A stretch of 40,141 bases of DNA from Oscillospiraceae bacterium (GCA_017557265.1 JAFZAM010000117.1:1-40141); one strand, 5' to 3'; positions 25,361 to 34,849 are shown, numbered from the stretch's first letter. The notes: generated by a model not told the origin, from the sequence alone. A program made the numbers and translations.

Positions 25361-26581
25361 ATGAAAGGTTCCTGTCTCATCGGTCAGTCCGGCGGCCCCT
25401 CGGCCGTCATAAACTCCAGCGCGTACGGCGCCGTCGCCGCCGCTCTCAAAGCGGAGGAGATAACGCGCGTGCTCGCGGCGCGCCACGGCGTCAAGGGCAT
25501 ACTCGACGACGATATCTTCGATCTCGGCGCGGAGGACCCGGAGGAGCTCGCCCTGCTGCAAAACACGCCCTCGAGCGCCTTCGGCTCTTGCAGATACAAG
25601 CTCGCGGACCCGGACAAGGACGACAAGGACTTCCGCCGCATCCTCGAGATTTTCAAAAAGTACGACGTGCGCTATTTCTTCTATATAGGCGGCAACGATT
25701 CCATGGACACCTGCGAGAAGGTCGGCCGCTATATGAGGAAGGCGGGCTACGACTGCCGCGTCATGGGCATTCCGAAGACGATAGACAACGATCTGAGCGG
25801 CACGGACCACTGCCCCGGGTACGGCAGCGCGGCGCGATATATAGCGACGACGTGCATGGAGGTCTCGCTCGACATGCGCGTCTACGACACGGGCGCCGTC
25901 ACCATCATGGAGATCATGGGCCGCAACGCGGGCTGGCTGACCGCCGCCTCCGCGCTCGCCGCGCGCAAGGGCGCGGGCCCAGACCTCATCTATCTGCCTG
26001 AGACCGATTTCGACATGGACGCCTTCCTCGCGAGGGTGAGCGAGCTCTACAAGAAGCAAAACAGCGTCTTCGTCGCGGTCTCCGAGGGAATCCACGACGC
26101 GGAGGGCACTCTCATCTCCGAGTACGCAAGCAAAAACGCCGAGAAGGACGCCTTCGGGCACGTCCAGCTGGGCGGGCTCGCGGCCTACCTCGCCGACGTC
26201 ACCAAGAAGGCTACGGGCGCGAAGGTCCGCGGCATCGAGCTCAGTCTCCTTCAGCGCTGCGCGGCGCACTGCGCCTCGCAGACGGACATTGACGAGGCCC
26301 GCAGGGCCGGCGAATTCGCCGTAAATCAGGCGCTCGCGGGAAAGACGGGCTGCATGGTCGCGTTCCGGCGCGGCGAAGGGACCTACTCCTGCGAGACCGT
26401 CCTCATCCCGCTCGCGGAGGCGGCGAACTTCGAAAAGAAGATACCTGCAGCTTGGATAACCGACGGCGGCGTAACTCAGGAGTTTATAGACTACGCCGAG
26501 CCGCTCGTACAGGGCGAGCCCGCGAGAAAGCTCGAGTCCTCCCTGCCCCGCTTTGCTAAGCTCAAATTCGTACGCGCGTAA
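25361..26581 (+). CDS. pfp: Phosphofructokinase, probably diphosphate (PPi)-dependent
   Basis: 406 aa from ATG 25361 (GGAGG 7 nt upstream). QSGGPSAVINSS, then IGGNDSMDT in place of GGDGS, and GIPKTIDND in place of PGTIDND. Confidence 0.8.
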   Translation: MKGSCLIGQSGGPSAVINSSAYGAVAAALKAEEITRVLAARHGVKGILDDDIFDLGAEDPEELALLQNTPSSAFGSCRYKLADPDKDDKDFRRILEIFKKYDVRYFFYIGGNDSMDTCEKVGRYMRKAGYDCRVMGIPKTIDNDLSGTDHCPGYGSAARYIATTCMEVSLDMRVYDTGAVTIMEIMGRNAGWLTAASALAARKGAGPDLIYLPETDFDMDAFLARVSELYKKQNSVFVAVSEGIHDAEGTLISEYASKNAEKDAFGHVQLGGLAAYLADVTKKATGAKVRGIELSLLQRCAAHCASQTDIDEARRAGEFAVNQALAGKTGCMVAFRRGEGTYSCETVLIPLAEAANFEKKIPAAWITDGGVTQEFIDYAEPLVQGEPARKLESSLPRFAKLKFVRA

Positions 26582-26594
26582 TAAGCAGAAAAAG

Positions 26595-26623
26595 AGCCCC
26601 CGATACGCTCGGTATCGGGGGCT
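26595..26623. terminator. Bidirectional rho-independent terminator between pfp and secDF
   Basis: Stem agcccccgatac, loop about gctcg, stem gtatcgggggct. An A-run lies upstream and ttctttta downstream. Confidence 0.75.
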
Positions 26624-26628
26624 TTCTT

Positions 26629-28872
26629 TTATTTGACTTTGACGGGCTTTCTTCCGCGGAAGGCGGACCAGAGCGGCCCGGCTATGAACACGGAGGTGAA
26701 CGTGCCCGCGACGACGCCGACGGCGATGGGTATCGCGAAGTTTCTGATGGAGGGCACTCCGAGGATGATGATGAAGATGACGGGCAGAAGGGTCGTTATC
26801 GTGGTGCCTATGCTGCGGCGCATCGTCTGGTAGACGCTGAGGTCCACGATCTCCTTGAAGGAGCCTCCCGCGGCCTTCTTGACGTTCTCGCGAATGCGGT
26901 CGAAGACAACTATGGTCGTGTTGATGGAGTAGCCTATGATGGTCAGCGCGGCCGCGATGAAGTTCATGTTGAGCGGCATGAAGCGGCGGAATATGACGTA
27001 GACGCTTATCATGATGAGGACGTTGACTATCAGGCAGATGACCGCGGCGATTCCGGAGCGGAACTCGAACCTTATCGTTATATAGATGAGGATGAGCGCC
27101 GCCGCGATGATGGACGTGAGGAAGGCGCTCCTCGTGATGTCCTTGCCGACGGAGGCGGAGACGAAGTCGGACGATTCGAGCGTCACGTTCTCGGCGCCGA
27201 AGCGCTCGGCGATGGCGTCGAATATCTGATCGCGCTGCTCGCTCGGCACTTCGCCCATTCTGATGGAGGCCTGCTTGCCGTCGTTGCCCGCGCGGGTGAC
27301 GGAAAACGGGGCCGCGCCGGTGACGTCCTGAACTATGTCGCGGATAACGGCGGAGTTGTCCTCGTCCACGGTCTGGCCGACGCTGACGTTCATCGTGACG
27401 CCGCCGACGAAATCCTGATCGAGGTTGAAAAACGTTCCCCCGAAAGGAAGCGCGACGAGCGCGACTATCGCGGCGAGGCAGCAAAGGATCGCGATGGGCC
27501 CGGTTATCTTGAACTTCTTTATGACGGGTATCTTCCCGGGCTCGAGCTCGGCCTTGTCGTCCTTCGGGGTCATGCCGATGCCGTAGAGCGACGGCTTGAC
27601 GACGCGCATGTCGACCAGGCGCCTGAGAAGGAACCTCGGGACGATGAGCATGCATATCATCGAGAGGATGACGCCGATGAGGAGCGTCTTGCCGAAGCCG
27701 AGGATGGTGCCGGTGCCCTTCCAGAGGAGCACGGCGGCGGCGATTATGGTCGTGATGTTCGAGTCGAGAATGGCGGCGAGGGCGCGCTTGAAGCCGGTGT
27801 CGACGGCGCTGCGCATCGTCCTGCCGGAGAGTATCTCTTCGCGTATGCGCTCATAGATGACTATGTTCGCGTCGACGGCCATGCCTATCGTCAGTATGAT
27901 GCCCGCGATGCCGGGCAGGGACAGATTGATGTGGAAAGCCGAGAGCAGCACCAGAAACAGCGCCATATAGAGCAGCAGCGATATGCAGGCGATGACGCCC
28001 GGGACTCTGTACATGATGATCATGTAGAGCATGACGAGCACGATGCCTATGATGCCGGCCATTATAGCCGTCTCGAGGGAGCGCTCGCCGAGGGACGCGC
28101 CGACGGCCTGCAGCTTGGCCTCGCGCAGCGCGAACGGCAGCTTGCCGGCGCTGATTATCTCGGCGAGGTACTTCGCGTATTCGAGCGAAGCGTCGCTTCC
28201 GAGGGTGATGATCGGGGTGTCGGTGTCGAGGCCGGTCGTCGCGTACTTCGCGTCGATGTACGGCGCGGAGATGATGACGTCGTCCATGACGATGGCGACG
28301 TAGCGGTCGGATTCGTTGGCCTTGCTCGCGACGGTCTTGGAGGCTTCCTTGAACTTCTCGGCGCCGGCGGCATTGAGCTTGAGGTAGACGAAGTAGGTCG
28401 AGACGCCGGTCTCGTCGACGGCGCCGTAGCTCGCGCTGGCCTGGTCGATGTCGTTGCCGTCGATGATGACGTTGCCGTCGCAGTCGCGGAACTCTATGAC
28501 GGCCGTCGTGCCGAGCATCTGGACGGCCTCTTCGGGATCCTCGACGTTGGGTATCTCACAGACTATACGGGTCGAGCCCTGCGTATAGACGTTGGCCTCG
28601 GTGTAGCCGAGGGAGTTGAGCCTCTGGCGGAGCATCGTGACGGCGGTATCCATGCCCTCGGAAAGCTCCGAGGCGCTGAGCGCGTCGACGCCCTCAGCCT
28701 CGTAGGTTATCTCCGAGCCGCCGACAAGGTCGAGGCCGAAGGTTATGCCGCGGGACACGGGCTCTATCTTCAAAAATCCGAGATTGAGGCCGTAGAACCA
28801 CGAAAAAATGAGCAGGGCAATAATAAGTATCAACACCGCGAAAGTGAGGATACCTTTCGTCTTGGGTTTCAT
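26629..28872 (-). CDS. secDF: Protein translocase subunit SecDF (fused SecD-SecF)
   Basis: 747 aa with 12 predicted TM-like hydrophobic runs. SecD signature LGLDLVGGSEITYE, plus a second SecF-like half (FFNLDQDFVGGVTMNV). Confidence 0.9.
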   Translation of the reverse strand: MKPKTKGILTFAVLILIIALLIFSWFYGLNLGFLKIEPVSRGITFGLDLVGGSEITYEAEGVDALSASELSEGMDTAVTMLRQRLNSLGYTEANVYTQGSTRIVCEIPNVEDPEEAVQMLGTTAVIEFRDCDGNVIIDGNDIDQASASYGAVDETGVSTYFVYLKLNAAGAEKFKEASKTVASKANESDRYVAIVMDDVIISAPYIDAKYATTGLDTDTPIITLGSDASLEYAKYLAEIISAGKLPFALREAKLQAVGASLGERSLETAIMAGIIGIVLVMLYMIIMYRVPGVIACISLLLYMALFLVLLSAFHINLSLPGIAGIILTIGMAVDANIVIYERIREEILSGRTMRSAVDTGFKRALAAILDSNITTIIAAAVLLWKGTGTILGFGKTLLIGVILSMICMLIVPRFLLRRLVDMRVVKPSLYGIGMTPKDDKAELEPGKIPVIKKFKITGPIAILCCLAAIVALVALPFGGTFFNLDQDFVGGVTMNVSVGQTVDEDNSAVIRDIVQDVTGAAPFSVTRAGNDGKQASIRMGEVPSEQRDQIFDAIAERFGAENVTLESSDFVSASVGKDITRSAFLTSIIAAALILIYITIRFEFRSGIAAVICLIVNVLIMISVYVIFRRFMPLNMNFIAAALTIIGYSINTTIVVFDRIRENVKKAAGGSFKEIVDLSVYQTMRRSIGTTITTLLPVIFIIILGVPSIRNFAIPIAVGVVAGTFTSVFIAGPLWSAFRGRKPVKVK

Positions 28873-28899
28873 ATAAGCGTGCGTCCTTCCGTTAGTTGG

Positions 28900-29388
28900 T
28901 TATTGCGCGGATTCCTCCGGAGCGTCGGGAGACGCGGCGGCGGAGCGGAATTTGAGCCTCGACTGATGGACCTCGTTGAGGGCCTCGCTGATGGCGCTCT
29001 CGGTTCTCCTGAGGGCGTCGTCGGCATAGTCGTTGGCGGCGCGGCGCAGCTCGCCCGAGCGGGTCTCCGCCTGAGCGATTATCTCGTTGCCGCGGGCCTT
29101 CGCCTGCTTGACGATGTTCTGCTCCTCAACCATCTGCTTGGCCTGCTGAGTCGCCTCTTCCTTGATAGTCTCCGCCTCTTTGCGCGCATTGGCGATGAAA
29201 TCGGCGCGAGCGTTGATGAGGCGCTTTGCCTCGGCAAGCTCCGAGGGGAGCTGGGCCTTAATCTCGTCGAGGAGATCGAGGACCTTATCGCGCTCGATAA
29301 CGCATCTCTCGGCGCCGATGGGGAGACCCCACGCGTCGGAGACCATGTTATAAAGCATGTCGATGAGTTCATTTACGCCGTTAGCCAC
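28900..29388 (-). CDS. Coiled-coil protein with ATP-synthase-b/V-ATPase-G-like heptad region; function unknown
   Basis: 162 aa (MANGVNELIDMLYNMVSDAWGLPIGAERCVIERDKVLDLLDEI...). A long Ala/Glu/Lys/Arg-rich helix follows. It is tightly packed between coaD and secDF. Confidence 0.5.
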   Translation of the reverse strand: MANGVNELIDMLYNMVSDAWGLPIGAERCVIERDKVLDLLDEIKAQLPSELAEAKRLINARADFIANARKEAETIKEEATQQAKQMVEEQNIVKQAKARGNEIIAQAETRSGELRRAANDYADDALRRTESAISEALNEVHQSRLKFRSAAASPDAPEESAQ

Positions 29389-29394
29389 GAATGT

Positions 29395-29892
29395 CTACCT
29401 CCTACCGGAATTCTTTTGAGCATATTTTGCGTTTATTTCATCGATGAGTTCACGGGGTGCGTAATCGGTCAGGTCGCCTCCGAACATGGCGAGCTCTCTG
29501 ACCGCGCTGGAGCTGAGGTACATGTATTTTTCCTCGGCGGCGAGGAAAAAGGTGTCGATGTCGGGGTTTATCTTTTTGTTAAAGACCGCCATCTGGCATT
29601 CCTTCTCGAAATCGGACAGAGCGCGGAGCCCGCGGATGATGGCGCAGGCGCCGAGCTTCCTGGCGAAATTGGCCACGAACTCGTCCGAGCAGTCGACCTC
29701 GACGTTGTCGAACTTCGCCGTGACGCGCCTTATCTGGTCCATCCTCTCCTCGACGGAGAAGAGCGGCGATTTCTCGTGGTTGACCATGACGCAGATTATG
29801 AGCTTGTCGAAAACGCGCGAGGCGCGCTTTATCAGATTGAGGTGGCCCAGCGTTATGGGATCGAAGCTTCCCGGATATATCGCAATCTTCAT
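29395..29892 (-). CDS. coaD: Phosphopantetheine adenylyltransferase
   Basis: 165 aa (MKIAIYPGSFDPITLGHLNLIKRA). Confidence 0.9.
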   Translation of the reverse strand: MKIAIYPGSFDPITLGHLNLIKRASRVFDKLIICVMVNHEKSPLFSVEERMDQIRRVTAKFDNVEVDCSDEFVANFARKLGACAIIRGLRALSDFEKECQMAVFNKKINPDIDTFFLAAEEKYMYLSSSAVRELAMFGGDLTDYAPRELIDEINAKYAQKNSGRR

Positions 29893-29894
29893 CG

Positions 29895-30437
29895 TCAGAT
29901 ATCCTTTTTCGTATATGTCGTTATCCGTATCTTCCCGTATCTGTATGACTTTAGCTTGCAGTACGGCGCCTCGAGCTCAGGCGGCTCGGCCGTGGACGGA
30001 CTTTCGCAAATTATTATACCACCGTGGTTTAATTTGTCAAACTCTTGTATGCGTGAAAGAGCCTTTTCCAGCAGGCCCGTCCCGTAAGGCGGGTCGAGGA
30101 AAATAAGGTCGAACCTCCCCGCCGCCCCGAGGAACGCGAGCGATTCCGCGCGGGAGACCCTCCCGCCCTTTAAGCCGGAGGCCGCGAGGTTTTTCTCGAC
30201 GAGCTTGACGGCGGCGGCGCTCTCGTCGATGAAGACGCAGCTCTCCGCGCCGCGGCTGAGCGCCTCGATGCCGAGCTGCCCCGTCCCCGCGAAGAGGTCG
30301 AGGACTTTCCTGCCCTCGATATCGAACTGGATTATATTGAAGATGGCCTCCTTGACCATGTCGGTCGTGGGGCGTATCGCGCCGTCGGCGGGCTCGTATA
30401 GCTTCCTGCCGCGCGCGAGACCGGTTATGACTCTCAT
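29895..30437 (-). CDS. rsmD: 16S rRNA (guanine966-N2)-methyltransferase RsmD
   Basis: 180 aa from ATG 30437 (MRVITGLARGRKL...RPTTDMVKEAIFNI...DLFAGTGQLGIEALSRGA...FLDPPY). Confidence 0.85.
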   Translation of the reverse strand: MRVITGLARGRKLYEPADGAIRPTTDMVKEAIFNIIQFDIEGRKVLDLFAGTGQLGIEALSRGAESCVFIDESAAAVKLVEKNLAASGLKGGRVSRAESLAFLGAAGRFDLIFLDPPYGTGLLEKALSRIQEFDKLNHGGIIICESPSTAEPPELEAPYCKLKSYRYGKIRITTYTKKDI

Positions 30438-30441
30438 AGGA

Positions 30442-32265
30442 TCACTTTCCTTTTTCTTCGCCGCCGTGGAAAAACCCAAAAACGGCGGCGGCCGCGTTTT
30501 TCGGGACGACCGCGCCGAGCTCCTCGAGGCTCGCGGCGCGAACGGCCTTTATGCTGCCGAAATGCTTGAGAAGCGCGTTGCGCCTCGTCTCCCCTATGCC
30601 CGGTATCTTGTCAAGCGAAGAGCCGACGGCGTCGCGGCGCTTTCTGTGAAAGCTTATCGCGCTCTTGTGCGTCTCCTCCTGGATGCGGCCTATGAGCGAA
30701 AAGAGCGCCTGATTTGCCTCGAGGCCTATCTCCTCGCCGTCGGGCGAGACGAGCGCACGCGTCCTGTGTCTGTCGTCCTTGACCATGCCGAAGACGGGGA
30801 TGTTGAGCCCATGTTCTGCAATCGTATCCCTCGCCATGGCGGCGTGCGCCTGCCCTCCGTCCATCAGCATGAGCTGCGGGAAGGGCGGGAATTTGCCGTC
30901 GTCGGCGAGCGTATGCGCTATCCTGCGCTCGAGCACCTCATGCATGCTGTGGTAGTCGTCCGGGGAATCGAGCGTCTTTATCTTAAACTGCCGCCAGTCG
31001 CGCTTGAGCGGGCGTGATCTCACGAAAACGGTCATGGCTCCGACCATCTCGTCGGAACCGGTATTTGAAATATCGTAGGCCTCGATGCGCTCGGGCGGGC
31101 CTTCAAGGCCGAGCGTCTTAGCGAGCAGCTCGAGCACCTTCGATATGCGTTCTTCACTGTCGGTCGCGCGCTCGCATTCCTCGCGCGCGTTAACGGAGGC
31201 GAGCGAGACGAGCCTCGCCTTTTCGCCCCGCTGCGGGACGTAGACGCGGATCTTCCGCCCGTAGGTCTCGCTGAGGATGGACGCGAGCGCGTCGACGTCC
31301 TCTATCTCAAACGGGATGCAGACCTCCCTCGGGCAGGCGCGGCGCGTCGAATAATACTGCAAAAGCAGCCCCGTGAGCGCCTCCGCGTCGTCCTCCACGG
31401 GGACGTCGAATATTATCTGCTCCTTGTCGAGCAGTCTTCCGCCTATGTTGTGGAGCGCGACGAAGCAGGCCTTCGCGGCTCCTCTGTAGTAGCCGATGAC
31501 GTCGTTGTCGGCGGCGGAGCCGGAGACGGGGATACCGCGCCGTCCGACGGCGTCGATGGCCTTCATCCTGTCGCGCAGCTCGGCCGCGAGCTCAAATTTT
31601 AGCTCGCCGGCGGCCGCCTCCATATCTATTTTGATCTTCTCGGTAAGCTCGGACGAGCGTCCCTCGAGAAGCAGTATCGCCTCGCGTATGGTATTCCTGT
31701 ACGCCTCCGCGTCGGGCGTTCCCGTGCAGTAGCCGGAGCAGAGACCCATGTGGAAATTAAGGCACGGGCGCTCCTTTCCTATGTCGGCGGGAAAGCGCTT
31801 CCCGCAGGTCGGGAGCTTGAGCGCCTTGCAGACGGTATCGAGCGCCTCGTGGAGCTTCGTTCTGCCCTGATAGGGGCCGAGGTAGGTCGCGCCGTCGCTC
31901 CCCGCGCGGCCGACGACGGAAAACGTAGGGTACTCCTTTTTGAGGTCCACGCGGAGATAGGGATAGCCCTTGTCGTCCTTGAGAAGGATGTTGTAGTAGG
32001 GCTTATGGTGCTTTATGAGCGAGTTTTCCGTCACGAAGGCCTCGAACTCCGAGCCGACGACTATCGTGTCGAAGGAGTATATCTTCGATACCATCGCGGC
32101 GGTCTTGGCGTTGTGCCCCGTCTCGTGGAAATAGCTCGAAACGCGGTTTTTGAGCGCCTTGGCCTTTCCGACGTAGATGACCTTGCCGCTCTTGTCCATC
32201 ATTATATAGACGCCCGGCAGCAGAGGCAGCGAGAGCGCTTTTTCTCTGAGCTCCTGAAAGGTCAT
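30442..32265 (-). CDS. uvrC: Excinuclease ABC subunit C
   Basis: 607 aa with the GIY-YIG motif (GVYIMMDKSGKVIYVGKAKALKNRVSSYF), a UVR domain and a C-terminal HhH. Confidence 0.9.
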   Translation of the reverse strand: MTFQELREKALSLPLLPGVYIMMDKSGKVIYVGKAKALKNRVSSYFHETGHNAKTAAMVSKIYSFDTIVVGSEFEAFVTENSLIKHHKPYYNILLKDDKGYPYLRVDLKKEYPTFSVVGRAGSDGATYLGPYQGRTKLHEALDTVCKALKLPTCGKRFPADIGKERPCLNFHMGLCSGYCTGTPDAEAYRNTIREAILLLEGRSSELTEKIKIDMEAAAGELKFELAAELRDRMKAIDAVGRRGIPVSGSAADNDVIGYYRGAAKACFVALHNIGGRLLDKEQIIFDVPVEDDAEALTGLLLQYYSTRRACPREVCIPFEIEDVDALASILSETYGRKIRVYVPQRGEKARLVSLASVNAREECERATDSEERISKVLELLAKTLGLEGPPERIEAYDISNTGSDEMVGAMTVFVRSRPLKRDWRQFKIKTLDSPDDYHSMHEVLERRIAHTLADDGKFPPFPQLMLMDGGQAHAAMARDTIAEHGLNIPVFGMVKDDRHRTRALVSPDGEEIGLEANQALFSLIGRIQEETHKSAISFHRKRRDAVGSSLDKIPGIGETRRNALLKHFGSIKAVRAASLEELGAVVPKNAAAAVFGFFHGGEEKGK

Positions 32266-32266
32266 T

Positions 32267-33130
32267 TCACACTCCGGTAAGGTCGAACGGCGGGACGTAG
32301 GCTTTGCTCGCCGCGTCGAGTTCCTGAAAATATCCGTCGGTTATGCCGAGCTCGCGGCATAGCTCCGTCGCCTCGGCGTACTCCTCCGGCGAGAGACGGC
32401 GGTCGGGCGCGCCCTTCGCCGCGGCGTCCTCCGGCGGGAAATACTGGCTCATGAGGCTGAGCTTGACGTGCCTGCCGGCAAATTCGTCGGCGAACCAGCG
32501 CAGCACGCCGCGCGTGTTCTCCGGATAGCCCGGCAGAATGAGGTGGCGCACGATGAGGCCGCGGGTCATCATGCCCCCGTCGTCGATAACGTAACCCCCG
32601 ACCTGACGCGACATCTCGCGCACGGCGGCGCGCGCGACGTCGTAATAATCCGGCGCGCCGGAGAGCTTCGCGGCGGCTCCGGCGTCGGAATACTTCATAT
32701 CGGTCAGATAGACGTCTATCTTCCCCTCCAGCATTCTGAGCGTCTCGACGCTCTCGTAGCCGCCGCAGTTATAGACCACGGGGACGCCGACGGGCTCCTC
32801 GAGCGCGCGGGCTATGGCCTCGGAAAAATGCGTCGGGGTAACGAGGTTTATATTGTGCACGCCGCTTTCGGCGAGCCTTAAAAACAAGTCGCGCAGCTCC
32901 GCGGGCGAGAGGATCTTCCCGACGCCTCCCGAGGAGATGGCGCGATTCTGGCAGTATACGCACCTCAGGCTGCAGCCGGAGAAAAACACCGTCCCCGAGC
33001 CGCGCGAGCCGCTTATGCAGGGCTCCTCCCAGAAGTGCGGCGCGGCTCTCGCCACTACCGCGTCCGGGCCCGAGGCGCAAAAGCCGAGCTCGCCGGCCGT
33101 CCGGTCGGCCCCGCAGGCGCGGGGACACAT
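32267..33130 (-). CDS. Radical SAM protein of the PflX-like (pyruvate formate-lyase activase-related) family
   Basis: The CxxxCxxC cluster is CSLRCVYC, and the N-terminus MCPRACGADRTAGELGFC is typical of the family. The start is taken as ATG 33130; a TTG at 33145 is also possible. Confidence 0.75.
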   Translation of the reverse strand: MCPRACGADRTAGELGFCASGPDAVVARAAPHFWEEPCISGSRGSGTVFFSGCSLRCVYCQNRAISSGGVGKILSPAELRDLFLRLAESGVHNINLVTPTHFSEAIARALEEPVGVPVVYNCGGYESVETLRMLEGKIDVYLTDMKYSDAGAAAKLSGAPDYYDVARAAVREMSRQVGGYVIDDGGMMTRGLIVRHLILPGYPENTRGVLRWFADEFAGRHVKLSLMSQYFPPEDAAAKGAPDRRLSPEEYAEATELCRELGITDGYFQELDAASKAYVPPFDLTGV

Positions 33131-33164
33131 TCTGCACCCGGCCAAATCCTCACTTCTTTCTAAT

Positions 33165-33202
33165 AAAAAAGGGTTCGATGAATGCTCACCGAACCCTTTT
33201 TT
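33165..33202. terminator. Rho-independent terminator after the corrinoid protein gene (hairpin flanked by A- and T-runs)
   Basis: aaaaaa gggttcg...cgaaccc tttttt. On the minus strand it follows the stop at 33214 and lies only about 35 nt upstream of the radical SAM start. Confidence 0.7.
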
Positions 33203-33213
33203 CTGTTACCGGT

Positions 33214-33867
33214 TTATCTGCCGGCCTTAACGTCCTCGAGGAGCTTCTTGGCCAGAGCGGCCGCGGAAGCAGCGTCTTCGGAGTAGCCGTCAGCGCCGAT
33301 CTCGTCGGCGAAGGCCTGAGTAACGGGGGCGCCGCCGATCATGATCTTGACCGTATCGCGGAGGCCGGCGGCGACTATAGCGTCGATGGTGTCCTTGATG
33401 GCGGGCATGGTGGTGGTCAGCAGGGCGGAGAGGGCGACGATCTTGACGTCGGGGTTCTCCTTCATGCACTCGATGAACTTCTCAGCCGGAACGTCGACGC
33501 CGAGGTCGAGGACTTCAAAGCCCGCGCCTTCGATCATCATTCCGACGAGGTTCTTGCCGATATCGTGCAGGTCTCCGGCGACGGTGCCGAGGATCAGTCT
33601 GCCGATGGGCTCTGCGCCGGCGGCCTTAAGGGCGGGGGTGAGGACCTCGATACCTTTTTTCATGGCGCGGGCGGCGATAAGCATCTCGGGGACGAATATC
33701 TCGTTGTTCTTGAACTTCTCACCGACGATACCCATAGCGCCGATCATACCGACGTTAAGGATCTCGTCAGCGGAGGCACCCTCGTCGAGGGCTTCCTGGA
33801 CAAGACCGGCAACGATCTTGACCTTGCCGTTCTCAACGGCGGTCGCGACTTCCTGAACTTTGGACAT
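33214..33867 (-). CDS. Cobalamin-binding corrinoid protein of a methyltransferase system (B12 cap + Rossmann B12-binding domain)
   Basis: 217 aa. The DxHxxG motif is GDLHDIGKN, followed by SALLTTT and MIGGAP. AGGAGG lies 8 nt upstream. Confidence 0.85.
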   Translation of the reverse strand: MSKVQEVATAVENGKVKIVAGLVQEALDEGASADEILNVGMIGAMGIVGEKFKNNEIFVPEMLIAARAMKKGIEVLTPALKAAGAEPIGRLILGTVAGDLHDIGKNLVGMMIEGAGFEVLDLGVDVPAEKFIECMKENPDVKIVALSALLTTTMPAIKDTIDAIVAAGLRDTVKIMIGGAPVTQAFADEIGADGYSEDAASAAALAKKLLEDVKAGR

Positions 33868-33916
33868 TTGTGTTTCCTCCTGAATATATTTGAAATTGTT
33901 GGGACGACTGATTGAG

Positions 33917-34732
33917 TTACGCCTTCTTGACCGCAGGCGGAGCGATGCGCTCCTCGCGGTAGGCGGTGATGTACTCCATGCAGAAATCGTCGAGTCCGAG
34001 CAGAGCCTCGGTGGCGTAGATGATGCCGAGGAGGGTCTTGTCGGTCGGATCGAAGATACCGCTGTCCATACCGGCGTTCATGGCCAGCGTGACGAAGCCC
34101 ATGTTGACGAGCTTTCTCGCGGGCAGGTTGAAGGAGATGTTGCTGATGGCGCCGGAGATGTGGATGGTCGGATAGTGCTCCTTGATATAGGTTATGACCT
34201 CGATGACGGTCTCGATGCCGTTCTCGGAGGTGCAGAGCATCTCGACCAGCGGATCGATGTGCAGACGGTTGGGGGCTATGCCGTACTCCTTGGCCTTGGC
34301 CATGAGGTTCTCGAAGACCCTTATGCGGTCGGCAGCGGTCTTGGGGATGCCCTTGTCGTCGGACAGAAGCGCGAAGCACTCCCACTTGGTGTTGGCGATG
34401 GCGGGGAAAACGTGGTCGACCTTGGTGCCTTCCATGGAGACGGAGTTAAAGAGGCCGGGCTTCTTGCATATGGGGATGATGTCGAGAAGCATGTCGGCGT
34501 TCGGGCTGTCGATGCAGAGCGGAGTGTCGATGTTGTCCTGAATGACCTCGACCATCCACTTGAGGGTCTCGAACTCGATCTCGGGATCGACGGAGGCGCA
34601 TACGTCGATGAACGTGGCGCCGGCGTCTTCCTGCTTCTTGGCCAGGTTGATGAGGAAGTCCGCGTCTCTGGCGGCTATCGCCTTCGCGACGGAGGGGATG
34701 GAACCGTTGATCTTTTCACCAATGATAATCAT
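33917..34732 (-). CDS. Methyltetrahydrofolate:corrinoid methyltransferase (pterin-binding, MT-II / AcsE-MtgA-like)
   Basis: 271 aa from ATG 34732 (MIIIGEKINGSIPSVAKAI...GATFIDVC...LCIDSPN...NSVS...HIDPL...GISNISFNLP). This is a dihydropteroate-synthase-like pterin barrel. Confidence 0.8.
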   Translation of the reverse strand: MIIIGEKINGSIPSVAKAIAARDADFLINLAKKQEDAGATFIDVCASVDPEIEFETLKWMVEVIQDNIDTPLCIDSPNADMLLDIIPICKKPGLFNSVSMEGTKVDHVFPAIANTKWECFALLSDDKGIPKTAADRIRVFENLMAKAKEYGIAPNRLHIDPLVEMLCTSENGIETVIEVITYIKEHYPTIHISGAISNISFNLPARKLVNMGFVTLAMNAGMDSGIFDPTDKTLLGIIYATEALLGLDDFCMEYITAYREERIAPPAVKKA

Positions 34733-34849
34733 GCTGAAAAACCTCTCTGTTAAAAATATACCTGAACAATCCAAAATCAAAGCGGAAATAACATGCCGAA
34801 ACAGCGCCCACGGGACGCTTTCTTCACATTATACTTCCTATCTTATCGC

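Noticed and set aside
25220-27655. 811-aa minus-strand ORF covering pfp and part of secDF
   Set aside because: The translation is Arg/His/Pro-rich nonsense. It is antisense to pfp and out of frame with secDF, so it is a shadow ORF.
27931-30087. 718-aa plus-strand ORF across secDF, the coiled-coil gene, coaD and rsmD
   Set aside because: It is antisense to four supported genes and has no motifs, so it is a shadow ORF.
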